A program made the position numbers and the translations under genes. DNA of 44,886 nt from Octopus bimaculoides. Its lineage: Eukaryota. The notes beneath the pieces were generated by a model. That model searched no databases, was not told where the DNA came from, and saw nothing but the letters and a program-made list of their open reading frames with translations. The stretch covers positions 115,454,681 to 115,499,566 of the forward strand of contig NC_068984.1 in the NCBI RefSeq assembly GCF_001194135.2, read 5' to 3'. Below are positions 1 through 11,339 of the stretch, in pieces (position 1 is the stretch's first letter; every line of letters starts with the position of its first letter).

Positions 1-272
1 CAGATAGATAGATAGACAGATAGATAGATAGACAGATAGATAGATAGACAGACGGATAGATAGACAGACGGATAGATAGACAGACGGATAGATAGACAGA
101 CGGATGGACGGACAAACAAATGGATGGATAGATGGATGGATGGATGGATGGATGGACAGACAGACAGACAGATAGATAGATGGATGGATGGACGGACAGA
201 TGGATAGATCGATGGATGGATGGATAAACAGATAGATAGATGGATAAATGGACAGACAGACAGATAGATATA
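1..272. repeat. Compound tetranucleotide microsatellite (GATA/GACA/GATG/GACG)
   Basis: read directly. Confidence 0.95.
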
Positions 273-352
273 CACACTATGTAAACCAGGAGAAAACCCA
301 CTTAGAGTGTAGTTTCTCTTCATAACAAACAAAACAAGAATATTATACTTAC

Positions 353-514
353 TTTGGCAGGACTCATGCTGAAACAGTACACCTTCCCACTATGAGGTGT
401 TCCCCCAGGGTTTGTCTTATGGGGAGATATGTAGACATTGTGCTTATTAGATACTCGGCGTGGTGAAGACGTATGTGACCTAGCCACTGGCAATGGTGAT
501 AAATGAGGTTTATC
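353..514 (-). CDS. RBL1: RBL exon (RbC), DKPHLSPLPVARSHTSSPRRVSNKHNVYISPHKTNPGGTPHSGKVYCFSMSPAK
   Basis: ttttag| ... AAA|gtaagt; 162 nt, phase 0 to 0; LSP.P...SPRR.S..H.VYISPHK motif. Confidence 0.95.
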
Positions 515-1366
515 CTAAAAAGTCAAAATAACAGAAAAAAAAAATTAAAAATAAGATATATATATATATGATGGGCTTCTTTCAGTTACCGTCTATCAAA
601 TCTACTCACAAGGCTGTATTATCATTTAGTTTGTATGAAATAATCAGTTTCAAAACCTTGCTCTGGCTATTAGACAAGGGACATTACTCTGCTTGCTTTG
701 CTCTGGTAATTACAATAAGACAAATACCAAACTGACAGTTTCCTCCCAGATATTACTGGAATGTTTTGTCTAGTCTCCCCACCACCACCCATCTTTATCA
801 ATGAGGAGGCAAAACTATAGTTCGCATCAATATCATTCTTTGTCATGAGATTGGATATGTTGAAATCGTTTAAACTTGTCTTAATTTTATTAAACATGGC
901 TGCTTGTCACAACCCCCACCCACCTCTTCCCATGAGGAATACTAATTTGTGTATACAAGTATCACTGAATAGTGCTTATATCTTCATATAATATCCATGA
1001 TAAGTTAGCATAGTAGAACTGATCTCTCCAAGAGAATGTGAAAAGTTACATTCAACTAGGAACAATATACAAACTTCCACCCAGCCGAAACATGTTAACA
1101 ACAAACAAGATGAGGACAAATATCCATCAAATGTAAATAATGTAAATAATGTTCCACCCTTTCTGTTGTCACTCCATAACCCTATTAACTCCACACTTAT
1201 AATTCTTTTGCTTCAACCAGCTTTGGGTCCTCAACATCTTGACTTGGAATTACAGAAGTGCTGTTATGATATACAACTTGTCCTGGTCGTTTGCTGTTTT
1301 ATTTTTTCAGACTTTTTAGAAGTGTTAAAGCACATCTCACTACAACTCTCACCACAGCCAAATTTC

Positions 1367-1691
1367 TTGACCCTTTAGCATTCATATTGGAGCCTGGTGC
1401 AGTTGTTGGCTCTCCAGATCTCAGTCAAACCGTCCAACCCATGCCAGCATGGAAAACGGACATTCAATGATGGTGATGATAATGATCACTCTAACAAATG
1501 TAATGCTTATTTATTCACATTGTTTTGAATTTATCATGCATTATCTTGTAGCTTTGAGATTTTGATGATATGATTGTTTAATTTTAGAATGACATTGTAG
1601 GATAGGTGTGAGAGATCAGATTTGTCCTTTGAACATAAAACAGGTAGAATATTTTGGCCAGATATGGCCAGTTTAAATGTGAAAGGGTTAA
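1367..1691. mobile_element. piggyBac-like MITE (family D) interrupted by a SINE-A 3' tail at about 1387-1487
   Basis: ends ccctttagcatt / aatgtgaaagggttaa; body matches 2309-2537. Confidence 0.75.
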
Positions 1692-2308
1692 AGAAAGAGA
1701 GAGAGAGAGAATATATGATAGCCTTCTTTAAGTTTCCATGTACTACATCCACTTTAGTTTGCCTGTGGCTATAGCAGAAGGTACTTACTCAAGGTACCAC
1801 ACAGTGGGACTGAACCAGAAGCCACATGACTGGAAAGTAAAGTGCTTAACTGCATGTCTAACTATACACACACACAGATAGAATCTGTGTCTTCTGCACA
1901 GATTCTATCTATCAAATTTCACTTACATAATTTTGCCAACTCAAGACTACAACAGACGACACTTTCCCAAGGTGCTGTGCTATGTGGTGGGTTTGAACTT
2001 TGAGACTACATAGTTGCAAAATAAACATCATAGCCATAGAACCTTGCCTTCATAGTCTCACAAATTCTGGGGTTTTTTTTTTTTCAGCTAACATATTGCT
2101 ACAAGAAGCCTCTAGAGTCAAGAATGATAGCATCAAAACATTGTTTCTTCTAACCAAGAGAAAAAAACTATGAGGAACAATAAAGGCAGATGTATGTTAA
2201 TATCCACAGATATTTTGGCATACACAACATGATCTCAAAAGTAATGGAAATGTGGGAAAAAAACCCACTAAAATGTAATTTTAATGCAAAAAAATAACAA
2301 AATGATAA

Positions 2309-2537
2309 TTAACCTTTTAGCATTCAGAAAACTCAGTCAAGCATAATGCTTATTTATTTAAATTGGTTCGAATTCATTATGCATTATCAAGTAGCTTCGA
2401 GATTTCAAAGATATTGATTGTATATTTTTAAAATGACATTGTATGATAGGTGTGAGAGGCTCAATCTGGCTGGTTTGAACATAAAACATGTAAAATATAT
2501 GGGCCTGATGTGACTGGTTTAAATGCTAAAGGGTTAA
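2309..2537. mobile_element. piggyBac-like MITE, family D
   Basis: TTAA at both ends, TIR ttaaccttttagcatt / aatgctaaagggttaa; siblings at 14329-14556, 30860-31088, 39174-39665; partial copies near 8520-8667 and 13160-13360. Confidence 0.8.
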
Positions 2538-2823
2538 AACGTTTTCTCCTATTATTCATAGACACCAAGTACAATAAAATAACGTGTGTGTGTGTATGCA
2601 TGCATGTAAATTCAAACATTCTGAGTCACCCACAAATAGTATGAGCTGCAAGTTTCAAAGTTTATATAGATGTAGTAACTTGATATGGAAATGATTAAAA
2701 AATCTTCTCTCTCCTCCTCTGCCACCTCCTCTCAAACACAGACATTAACCCTTCTGAGGCCTGTTAACTAAATAATGAAATGCAATATTGGAAGGGTGTT
2801 GAAAATTTATTTTGAATACTTAC

Positions 2824-2880
2824 GTTTGATTGATTAGCAGAAAATTTCAAAGCAAATTCCTTGATCCTCTTCACAAATAC
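2824..2880 (-). CDS. RBL1: RBL exon, VFVKRIKEFALKFSANQSN (absent from ORF track)
   Basis: ttgtag| ... AAC|gtaagt; 57 nt, phase 0 to 0; continues the last pocket B helix. Confidence 0.92.
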
Positions 2881-3226
2881 CTACAATTAACAAGAGAAAA
2901 ACAATATCTTATGCAATATAACAATAACCAAAAATCTTTAATTAGATCAGATAAAGTCTAACATAAGCACAAGGTCAATAATTTTGGAGGGGAAAATAAT
3001 TACATGATACACCAGTACTTGATTGGCACTTATTTATTTATATCTGTCCCAGAAGGATGTAATGTGGAGTTGTCCTTAGTGGGATTAGAACTCAGAACCT
3101 AGAACCAGAACAGATACCATAAAGCTGATGCTCTAATGATTCTGCCACTCCAGCAATCTACTGTCTTTAACAAATTGAATAATAGAAGAGAATTATTGTT
3201 TCTTTCATCAGTATGTAACTAGATAG

Positions 3227-3279
<53 letters not shown>

Positions 3280-3357
3280 GTCAACTGAAACTGATCCTCA
3301 GGATATGACTGGTACTTCTTGCAATGGTACAAGAATGAATGACAACAGGATTCCTTC

Positions 3358-3424
<67 letters not shown>

Positions 3425-4283
3425 TAAAGTCAATTTAGTCTTGTGTTCTCTTTCTTTTAACATAACATTAGTCATAATATCTCTCTACCAACAAACTACA
3501 TTACAAACATTATTATTATTATTATTATGTCCATGTTCGCTGCTGATATGGGTCGGACACTTTGACAGGATCCTACAGTTCCGAAGATGACATCATGCTC
3601 CAATGTCTGCTATGGTAAGGTTTCCATGGCTGGATGCTCTTCCTAATGCCAACCACATAACAGTGCATACAGGGTGCTTCTTTTTTGTGGCACCAGCACT
3701 AAAGAGGTTGCCAAGAAGCCTGCAAGACTAAGATCCTCTTCCACTGTATTGGGCTACAGTAGAGAGCGAAGTGGCTTCATGCTATGGAAGGAATGAAGGG
3801 TTAAAGTATGAGAGAAAGGACCAGAACAAAAACAAGCTTTCTGTTTGTCAAGGGACTGCAATGGTTAGTCAGATTATATAAAATAGGGTAGGAATGGCTG
3901 GGGATGAAGTTAGAGAAGCATAAATATAGCAAAGAAGTGTGAGGGTGGACCCTCAAGATATGAGATGAGAAATGAGTGAGGATAGGATGACAGGAAGTGT
4001 AGGTGGATAGGGGTTGCAAGAATGCATGGGAGAGTGAGACATGTTTAGAGATAGGGAATGGGTGAGAGAGTGAATAGAATGAAGAACAAATATTGAGGAA
4101 TGATATTGCAAACACACATACAGTACAAGCCAAAGGAATGCTTTGCTCACTTGCAGAATACCTACACCAGAAGGTCCATGTTACATCATAAAGACAGTTA
4201 GGCAAGTATGATGCAAATAACTGAAAAGTGCCAGCAAAATAATTATGGACAGGTATATGTGTACAGCAGAAACTGCTAATATT

Positions 4284-4483
4284 GGTTTCAAATTTTGGCA
4301 CAAGGCCAGCAATTTCGACTCCAGTGTTCAACTGGTACTTATTTTATCGACCCCAAAAGGATGAAAAACAAAGTTGACACCAGTGGAATTTGAACTCAGA
4401 ATGTAGACGGATGAAGGATGAAATGCTGCTAAGCATTTTGCCCAGTGTGCCAACAATTCTGCTAGCTTACCACCTTAGAAAGA
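4284..4483 (-). mobile_element. tRNA-derived SINE, family F
   Basis: ctgagttcaaattcc B-box-like head on minus; possible TSD gctaatatt at 4275-4283 and 4484-4492; siblings near 2975-3155, 5270-5425, 12585-12775, 28809-28985 (plus), 29935-30090, 37075-37272. Confidence 0.65.
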
Positions 4484-4608
4484 GCTAATATTAGAAAGCA
4501 AACTAAGAAGACTGGTAACATATAAGCAGTATTGCAACCATCCAACAACCTATCTTTACTGACATGGAACAAGAAAGGTTTTTATTTTTAAAAAAATATT
4601 GTAGTAAC

Positions 4609-4760
4609 CTGGTTATAGAACTGGATGAGATCACCTCTTTCTTCCCCCATTTCTAACGTAGAACCCATTCCGATAAGTTTGGTTGGAGTAGGAGGCTGAC
4701 TGTTGGGATGTGGAACCGGTAATGTGCTGGATGACCGGATACTCAAGGCTTCAGTCCTTC
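4609..4760 (-). CDS. RBL1: RBL exon, RRTEALSIRSSSTLPVPHPNSQPPTPTKLIGMGSTLEMGEERGDLIQFYNQ
   Basis: ttccag| ... CAG|gttact; 152 nt, phase 1 to 0; EERGDLIQFYN motif; donor is weak. Confidence 0.88.
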
Positions 4761-5489
4761 CTGGAACAAACATGAAAACAGAAAAATAAAGTGAAACAGT
4801 AGAAACCAAGAACATTAGTGATGGTCTGTGTAGGCAATTATCATATACTTAGAACATGTTTGCAAAATGGGAAAAAAAACCTTAGCTAGAGCAAACCAAC
4901 AAAGAACCATCTATATGTTGCTGGAAAAAGCAGCCAAATCTCACTCAAATCATACCCTACAATGTAAGAGAAGGAAAGGAGATACTTAATAATGTATTAT
5001 GATAGCCTCCTTAAAAAAGGATAAGATGGTTGCATCTGGGAATGACCTCAGACAGAAGTCTGCTTGATCAAGACTTTCCAGGGGCTAAACAACTTTGACT
5101 AAATAAACCTTATCTGATTGATTCCATCTCACCCTAGACCCCAGTTATACAAGAACATCAGTAGATGAGTAAATCTGAAAGAACTTGATAAACATCTCCA
5201 TGTATTGGAAAATATATACCAGAGAGAGAGAGAGAGAGATAGAGTGCGTGTGTGTGTGTGTGTTTATCTGCTACCACCACTTAACTGGTAGTAGCTTCAG
5301 CAAAATAGACTGGTAGAATAAGTACCAGACTTTAAGTACTGGGGTTGATTTGCTCAACTAAACCCTTCAAGGTGGTGCTCCAGCATGGTCGCAGTCAAAT
5401 GACTGAAACAAGTAAAAAGATAAAAGATGTTGGTGACATGTGGAAGTCAAATCTATGCAACAACAGAGAAAATGGCTGGAACCACTTAC

Positions 5490-5622
5490 GTTTATCCTTC
5501 TCCTTAGAATCTTCCCTTTCGGTGGTAACAGGGGAAGAAGAACCACTTGTTCCATTCCTGCTGCTGTCACTACTCCCTGATGTTCGTCGCCTTCGAGTGG
5601 AAAGCAGTACATTTCTATAAAC
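5490..5622 (-). CDS. RBL1: RBL exon (pocket B insert), VYRNVLLSTRRRRTSGSSDSSRNGTSGSSSPVTTEREDSKEKDK
   Basis: tttcag| ... C|gtaagt; 133 nt, phase 0 to 1. Confidence 0.92.
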
Positions 5623-7125
5623 CTGAAAATGAAGGGGGGAAAATTGAAACTTGTTAAGAAATAAAGTTGACAGCTTTAAAATATATGGAAGAAAACATTA
5701 AAAAAAAAACCCATCCATAGGAGAGAAATAAACAAAACTCAAATTGAATATCCCCCCACCACCACAAATTAAATCTGCCGTATTTTCTAGCCTAGGTGTC
5801 AAAATATTATGTTGTGTAAACATTCAAACACCGTCTCTATTTCCCCAAATCTTGCTGCATATTACATGGAATTTTTAATCCTTGGAAGTCATATTGGTGT
5901 ATTGGTCAATGTACCTTTTTTTTTGGCTGTAAATTTTGATCAGCAAAATTTGACTTGTATGTCACAAAGTATGAAATAAGCTGTATGGATCCTATACTGG
6001 TTACAACAATGAGTGCCTCAAATGTTCAATAGATGGAATTACTCACTGATTGTATCATAAGGTAAACCATAGCCATTATTTGCAAGATGTGCAAATATGA
6101 CTAAATAACGCATACTATGTTTTTAGCAATTGCTTTAAGAGCCCATTTAGTCATGAACAATCACAGACAGTCTCAGCCTTGTCATCTTTGACTCAGTAAG
6201 ACATCCAGGATGTCACAACTGGAAAGAGAGAGAACACTTGGCTGGCACAAGTTTTCATTTATTCAATTACATTCACAGGATTTTAATCTACTCATTGCTA
6301 TGTTAGAAAACCCTTTCCCACAGTATCAAACACTGGCATCGACCATGAAAGCTCATTAAATCATTCAACCATGCCTGCATTCATTAAATTGGGTAACAAA
6401 TTTGTAAATGTGCAATATAATAATATATCTTTTCCTTTATGCACAAGGTAGAGATATTTATGCAATTATGGGAATTCATTTGACAGCCTCAACGAACTGC
6501 TATACGTGTCTAGTTTTATGGTAGTAGGTAAAGACAAAATTAAACACTTCTGGATAGGTTGCTAGTCCATCACAAGTCATTTCCAGACAATCTGGTGCAG
6601 ATATGCAACACTTTCTGTTGTTATTGTTTAAATCCAGGTCAGCCCTGGTTGAGTAGACTTGTGATCAAAGACATTCCAATTATGACTATCTTGTTTTTTT
6701 TTCTCTTCAGGAATAGTGTATCTAAGATTAAACTCTCTAATGCATACTTCCTTTTCTTTAAGAAAGTAGGATGCAAAAAAAGAGATTTTGGTTACTGTTT
6801 CTTGTCAGCTGTTCACCACATAGTGATTCATATCCCCCAAAATAAAGGAAGGGGATGTAGAATTGTTGTCCCACTGAAATAAGAACTATGTGTACCCTAT
6901 TTAAAACGTTTGTATACACACAAACGTGGAAAGACCTTTGCTGCTGAAACTGTTTTGGAAGACAATTTCTCCTTATAGACAATACATGTGTAAAACACAT
7001 TACTGGGCCATGAATAGCATCATTGGACATATTTAATCAAATATCTTTCTGATATTTATTTCTGCACCTATTGCACCACCTCTATGAATTTATAGTAAAT
7101 CAAGAAAAACTAAGATTTCACATAC

Positions 7126-7200
7126 ATGAGATTGAGCTTGAGGTTGCAGGCGATAACATCTCATGATATTCTGGAATGTTTGCGGTGGATCTGTCGCTAC
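7126..7200 (-). CDS. RBL1: RBL exon (pocket B), VATDPPQTFQNIMRCYRLQPQAQSH
   Basis: ttctag| ... CAT|gtatgt; 75 nt, phase 0 to 0; YRxQPQAxSH motif. Confidence 0.95.
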
Positions 7201-7404
7201 CTAGAACAGAATAACAAAGTCAAATTAAAACAGTGCGTGAAAGTAAATAAAAGAAACACCATGCATTTTAACAGAAATAGCGTTAACAAAAGAGTTAAAG
7301 AGTCAAGCAACTAAATATAGGGCCTATCACTAACTCACAAGATAACAGTACAAGCTTCTAATCAGTATGCATTAAAAGTAAGTCTTTTCTGAATTATAAC
7401 CTTA

Positions 7405-7728
7405 GGCACATGTAAAGACATCTGAGCGAGATCATTGCCAGTGCCGCAGGACTGGCTCCTGTGCAGGTGGCACGTAAAATACACCATTTTGACCGTGGCC
7501 ATTGCCAGTACCTCCTGACTGGCCTTCGTGCTGGTGGCACATAAAAGCACCCACTACACTCTCGGAGTGGTTGGCGTTAGGAAGGGCATCCAGCTGTAGA
7601 AACTCTGCCAAATCAGATTGGAGCCTGGTGTAGCCATCTGGTTTCACCAGTCCTCAGTCAAATCGTCCAACCCATGCTAGCATGGAAAGCGGACGTTAAA
7701 CGATGATGAGGATGATGATGATGATGAT
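7405..7728 (+). mobile_element. SINE family A, 5'-truncated, (GAT)n tail
   Basis: core tggttggcgttaggaagggcatccagctgtagaaa and tail ...ggacgttaaacgatgatg recur across the window. Confidence 0.85.
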
Positions 7729-7866
7729 TGCTGCTTAACAAGTTGAAAGCCAACACAAGAAAATAAGGTCCAATGTTTGCAAACAAGCTGACATATTAGC
7801 CACCATTCACCAAAGTGTAGCTAGCAGCAATAATATAAATTATTCAGATTGTAAAGGAATCCTTAC

Positions 7867-8046
7867 CTTAGCAATGACATACATTGAACACATAATGATT
7901 TGATCCAAATGCCTATCCTTCATTAAACTGATCTCATTTACAAGACAATGCTCAAGGCATGTCCACATTTTTCTTTGTAGTTCTTCTTCATTCACTTTTA
8001 ACTTTTCACAAAGGTCCCTTAGACGTACACCAGCAAGATGATATAC
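7867..8046 (-). CDS. RBL1: RBL exon (pocket B), VYHLAGVRLRDLCEKL...MWTCLEHCLVNEISLMKDRHLDQIIMCSMYVIAK
   Basis: ttttag| ... AAG|gtaagg; 180 nt, phase 0 to 0; LMKDRHLDQ hallmark. Confidence 0.97.
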
Positions 8047-8723
8047 CTAAAAATAAACAAGAAGATATGTGTTGAAACACAATAAAGTGCTTATACAAGC
8101 TTAAAACAGAATAAGCAAGCTGTATGATAATGTACAATAAGTTACATGACAGAAAACATATCGAGAAATTACATGGCATAAAGCACAATGAGATACTGTA
8201 TAAATACAATGGGGAGCTATAAGACAAAATGAAATGGGAAAATTATATTAAATGTTTTATAGATATTGATAATGGAAGTTGTATGATAAAATACAATGGG
8301 AAGCTATATAGTTCATGGTAAAGCAGAATGGGGAGTTACATGACAAAGTGGAATGAGAGTCTATGTGACAATATGATAAAATACAGTGAGAATCAATAGG
8401 GTTATCATCATCATCATCATCCTTTAATGTCCATTTTCCATGCTGGGATGGGTTGGACAGTCTGACAGGAGCTGGCAAGTTGAAGAGCTGCACCTGGATC
8501 CAGTATGATTTGGCATTATCTCATAGATTTGAGATTTCAATGATGAGATTGTTTATTTTTAGAATGGCAGTGTAGGGTAAGAATGAGACCAAATATGGTC
8601 TGTTTGAACATAACATGGGTAGAATATTTGGACCAGATATGACTGGATTAAATGCTAAAGGATTAAAGAAGACAGACATACAAAGCAAACAGACGTACAA
8701 ATGAAGACAAGGTGAAAACTGAC

Positions 8724-8909
8724 CTTCCTAAAGAAAAGGGCAAGAGATCCTGTACGTTTGGGTTTTGCAGTGGGCTTCTGTTTCTGTGGCTGCTGTAATT
8801 GCTGCTGTTGTTGTGGCTGTTGTGGTTGTTGTTGTGAGGGTGTCACAACTGTATTGGAAGGCACACTGACAGAGGTAGTATTAGAAACAATTGGCTGTAC
8901 TATCACCAC
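8724..8909 (-). CDS. RBL1: RBL exon (end of spacer, Q-rich, start of pocket B), VVIVQP...QQQPQQPQQQQQLQQPQKQKPTAKPKRTGSLALFFRK
   Basis: aaacag| ... AAG|gtcagt; 186 nt, phase 0 to 0; KPKRTGSLALFxRK motif. Confidence 0.93.
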
Positions 8910-10595
8910 CTGTTTTAAAAATCAGAAACGGTATTTAAATTAGCTATTAGCAACAGGAGCAATAATATTTGTAACAAATAATAATCAGTACATTCAACCT
9001 AAATCAGATATTTTGTTTAGAATGCTGTATAGCATGTATCATCAACATGAGATGGACATATACGACAGTTTAAGGCATTCTAAACAACATATCCAATTTA
9101 GGCTGGATGTGCTAATTATAATTAGTGTTTAGTTATTTGACAATCTCATTTATCACTCTGCTCATCAAAGTTATATAGACAAAAGCGTAAAGAAATGGAC
9201 TAATTTAAGAGAAAAGTCTAAAACAATTCACATAAAACAACACAAAAAAAAACTATTTCATCTTTGTATTTGGTTTGCAAGAATCTTGATGTAAACTCAT
9301 GTTGAAACATATTTTGTTGTATCCCAGGAGAATCAATATATCCAATAAACACAAACACACATTGGCTCTTACAGTTGTAATATATCTTCCATAGTATGAC
9401 TTAGAACTTAGTTGTTCTTAGATACACTATTTTAAAGAAATTATCTTAGTACGATTTTCATATTTCATAGATATTCTTGTTTACCAGGTTTACAAATTTT
9501 ACTCTGAGTTTCTTGTACAATAAAGATTCCATAAATATTTATTGATATTTCCATGAAATTTTGAAATGTCTGTTTGACAGTTAGATATGTCCTTTTCACT
9601 ATAGATTACTCAATTTTCTGGCAGCAGTTGTTTGCATATTACAACAAAATCAACAAGTTTACTTTTCCAAAACTCAGTAACTCACTGTTCTAAATACATT
9701 AAAAACACCATATATCACACAAAAAGTACAAAACTGAAACCAGCAACACAACAGGTGTGATTAGTCTTCTGGAATGTCATCAACAAATGTTCAATTAATT
9801 GGCCCATCAACTAATTGGAGTTTTTTACTTCCATCACTAAGCTTTACTTTGAAAAACACCCTCTCATATATATATGTATCTTACCCTTCTATCACAAAGT
9901 CTTACAGTCTTATTTTGAAACACACCTTCCCAGATATATCCATTTACCCTTCTATCACGAAGCCTTCCTTTGAAACACGCCCTCCCAGATATATCTACTC
10001 ACCCTTCTATTACTAAGCAATACTTACTTCCATCGTTAAGCTTCACTTTGAATCATTCCCTCTGAGATATATCTGTCTTAACCTAGATAAACATGATGTA
10101 ATCATAATTTCTTCCATTGGTGTTATGTCAATGATTTTCTATGATCAGACGCCTTTCCTGTCACCACCCCTCACCTACTTATTTATAGATCTCATAGGTA
10201 CTCAAGCATAAAATAGACTGTTCCTGGTCAAATTTGAACTTGGTTAGTTTAGCAATGTACCATTCCTGCAACCCCAACCTTGGCCCTTTAAATCCTTTCT
10301 TGCCATATTTCTGCTGAAATATACTACCTTTCTTTCAGTTAATTTTGAAAATAATGAAGAGCTTAGCATAAAAACTTTGTCACCATTAAGCTGGTATTAG
10401 CATGAAATTTTAATGTTTCAGTCATTAGGCTGTGTTTAGGTTGGGGCATTGCATTAAAGAATTTTTAGTTAAATGTATCAACACCAGTATTTTTTTTTTT
10501 TTAAACCTGGTACTTATTCTATCAGTCTTGTTTGCCAAACAACTACATTACAGACATAAACACACCAACACCAGTTGCTAAGCAATGGTGGGGGA

Positions 10596-10629
<34 letters not shown>

Positions 10630-10635
<6 letters not shown>

Positions 10636-11055
10636 TAATAGGAAGGACAACAAAAGAAAGAAAGAGACCTCAATATTATGTAAATAGAGGAATTTATCTG
10701 TAAAAATATGTGACACTTATTAGGTAGCCATGGTAAAACTCCGAGTTTCGGATGCCGGGGTGGGGACCCACGCCAACATCTCTTCAGTTATCCAGCAATT
10801 GAAAATTCCTGTGAAAAATGACCGTTAAACAAAGGAAAATTACTGTGTGGCTGACCATTATTAAGACAAAAGAGCTATAGACCGCTAAGTAAGGGGAGGA
10901 GGTAAAAGTAAGGGAGTAGAGAAGTCTATAGTGTTCACGTAAACGCACCAATCCGTACATTCACCTATATTTATATACTAAAACACCCTCGCTCACGTAA
11001 GCGCACCAATCCATACATACGCCTATATTTATATACTAAAACACCCTCACTTGAA
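10630..11055 (-). mobile_element. Penelope-like/retrozyme-like non-coding unit carrying a hammerhead motif, inside the microsatellite of a SINE-C copy
   Basis: absent from the SINE-C copy at 39760-40232; bounded by TA/CA repeats; contains a hammerhead core. Confidence 0.55.
10731..10794 (-). ncRNA. Candidate type I hammerhead ribozyme (HHR1)
   Basis: UGG(A)UAA-CUGAAGA-[GAUGUUGG..CCGGCAUC helix II]-C-GAAA-CU-CGG-AG-U-U|UUACCA; predicted cleavage after GUU, between 10737 and 10736. Confidence 0.62.
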
Positions 11056-11339
11056 ACACACACACACACACATATATATACGACAGGCTTCATTCAGTTT
11101 CCATCTACCAAATCCACTCACAAGGCTTTGGTCAGTCTGAGGCTATAACACAAGACACTTGCCCAAGATGCAATGCTGTGGGATTGAACCCACAACCATG
11201 TGGTTGGAAAGCAAGCTTCTTACCATACAGCCACAAAACAGGGAGTTTGTATCATATATCAAGGAACAGTCTCAGGTGAGTTAGTATCAAAAAGGTTAAC
11301 TGATGTAATACAAAGAAAGAGAAACAAAAATGTAATTAC

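Larger units (their letters stand above)
10288..11299. mobile_element. piggyBac-like MITE (family H) split by a SINE-C insertion (about 10500-11234)
   Basis: left arm matches 20039-20141; right end gtatcaaaaaggttaa; intact sibling near 24800-25035. Confidence 0.6.

Noticed and set aside
670-897. ORF as the terminal RBL exon
   Set aside because: It lies upstream of exon 353-514 in transcript order and has no convincing similarity; the last exon must be beyond coordinate 1.
3801-4331. 176-aa ORF, and the 151/152-aa ORFs at 40541-41096
   Set aside because: Low-complexity translations of a repeat and a minisatellite; no domain motifs or splice support.
7625-7665. CTGAGGA-CTGGT-GAAA on the minus strand of every SINE-A copy as a hammerhead
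   Set aside because: Only 5 nt for helix II, helix I does not form, and the segment folds better as CTGG-TGAAA-CCAG.
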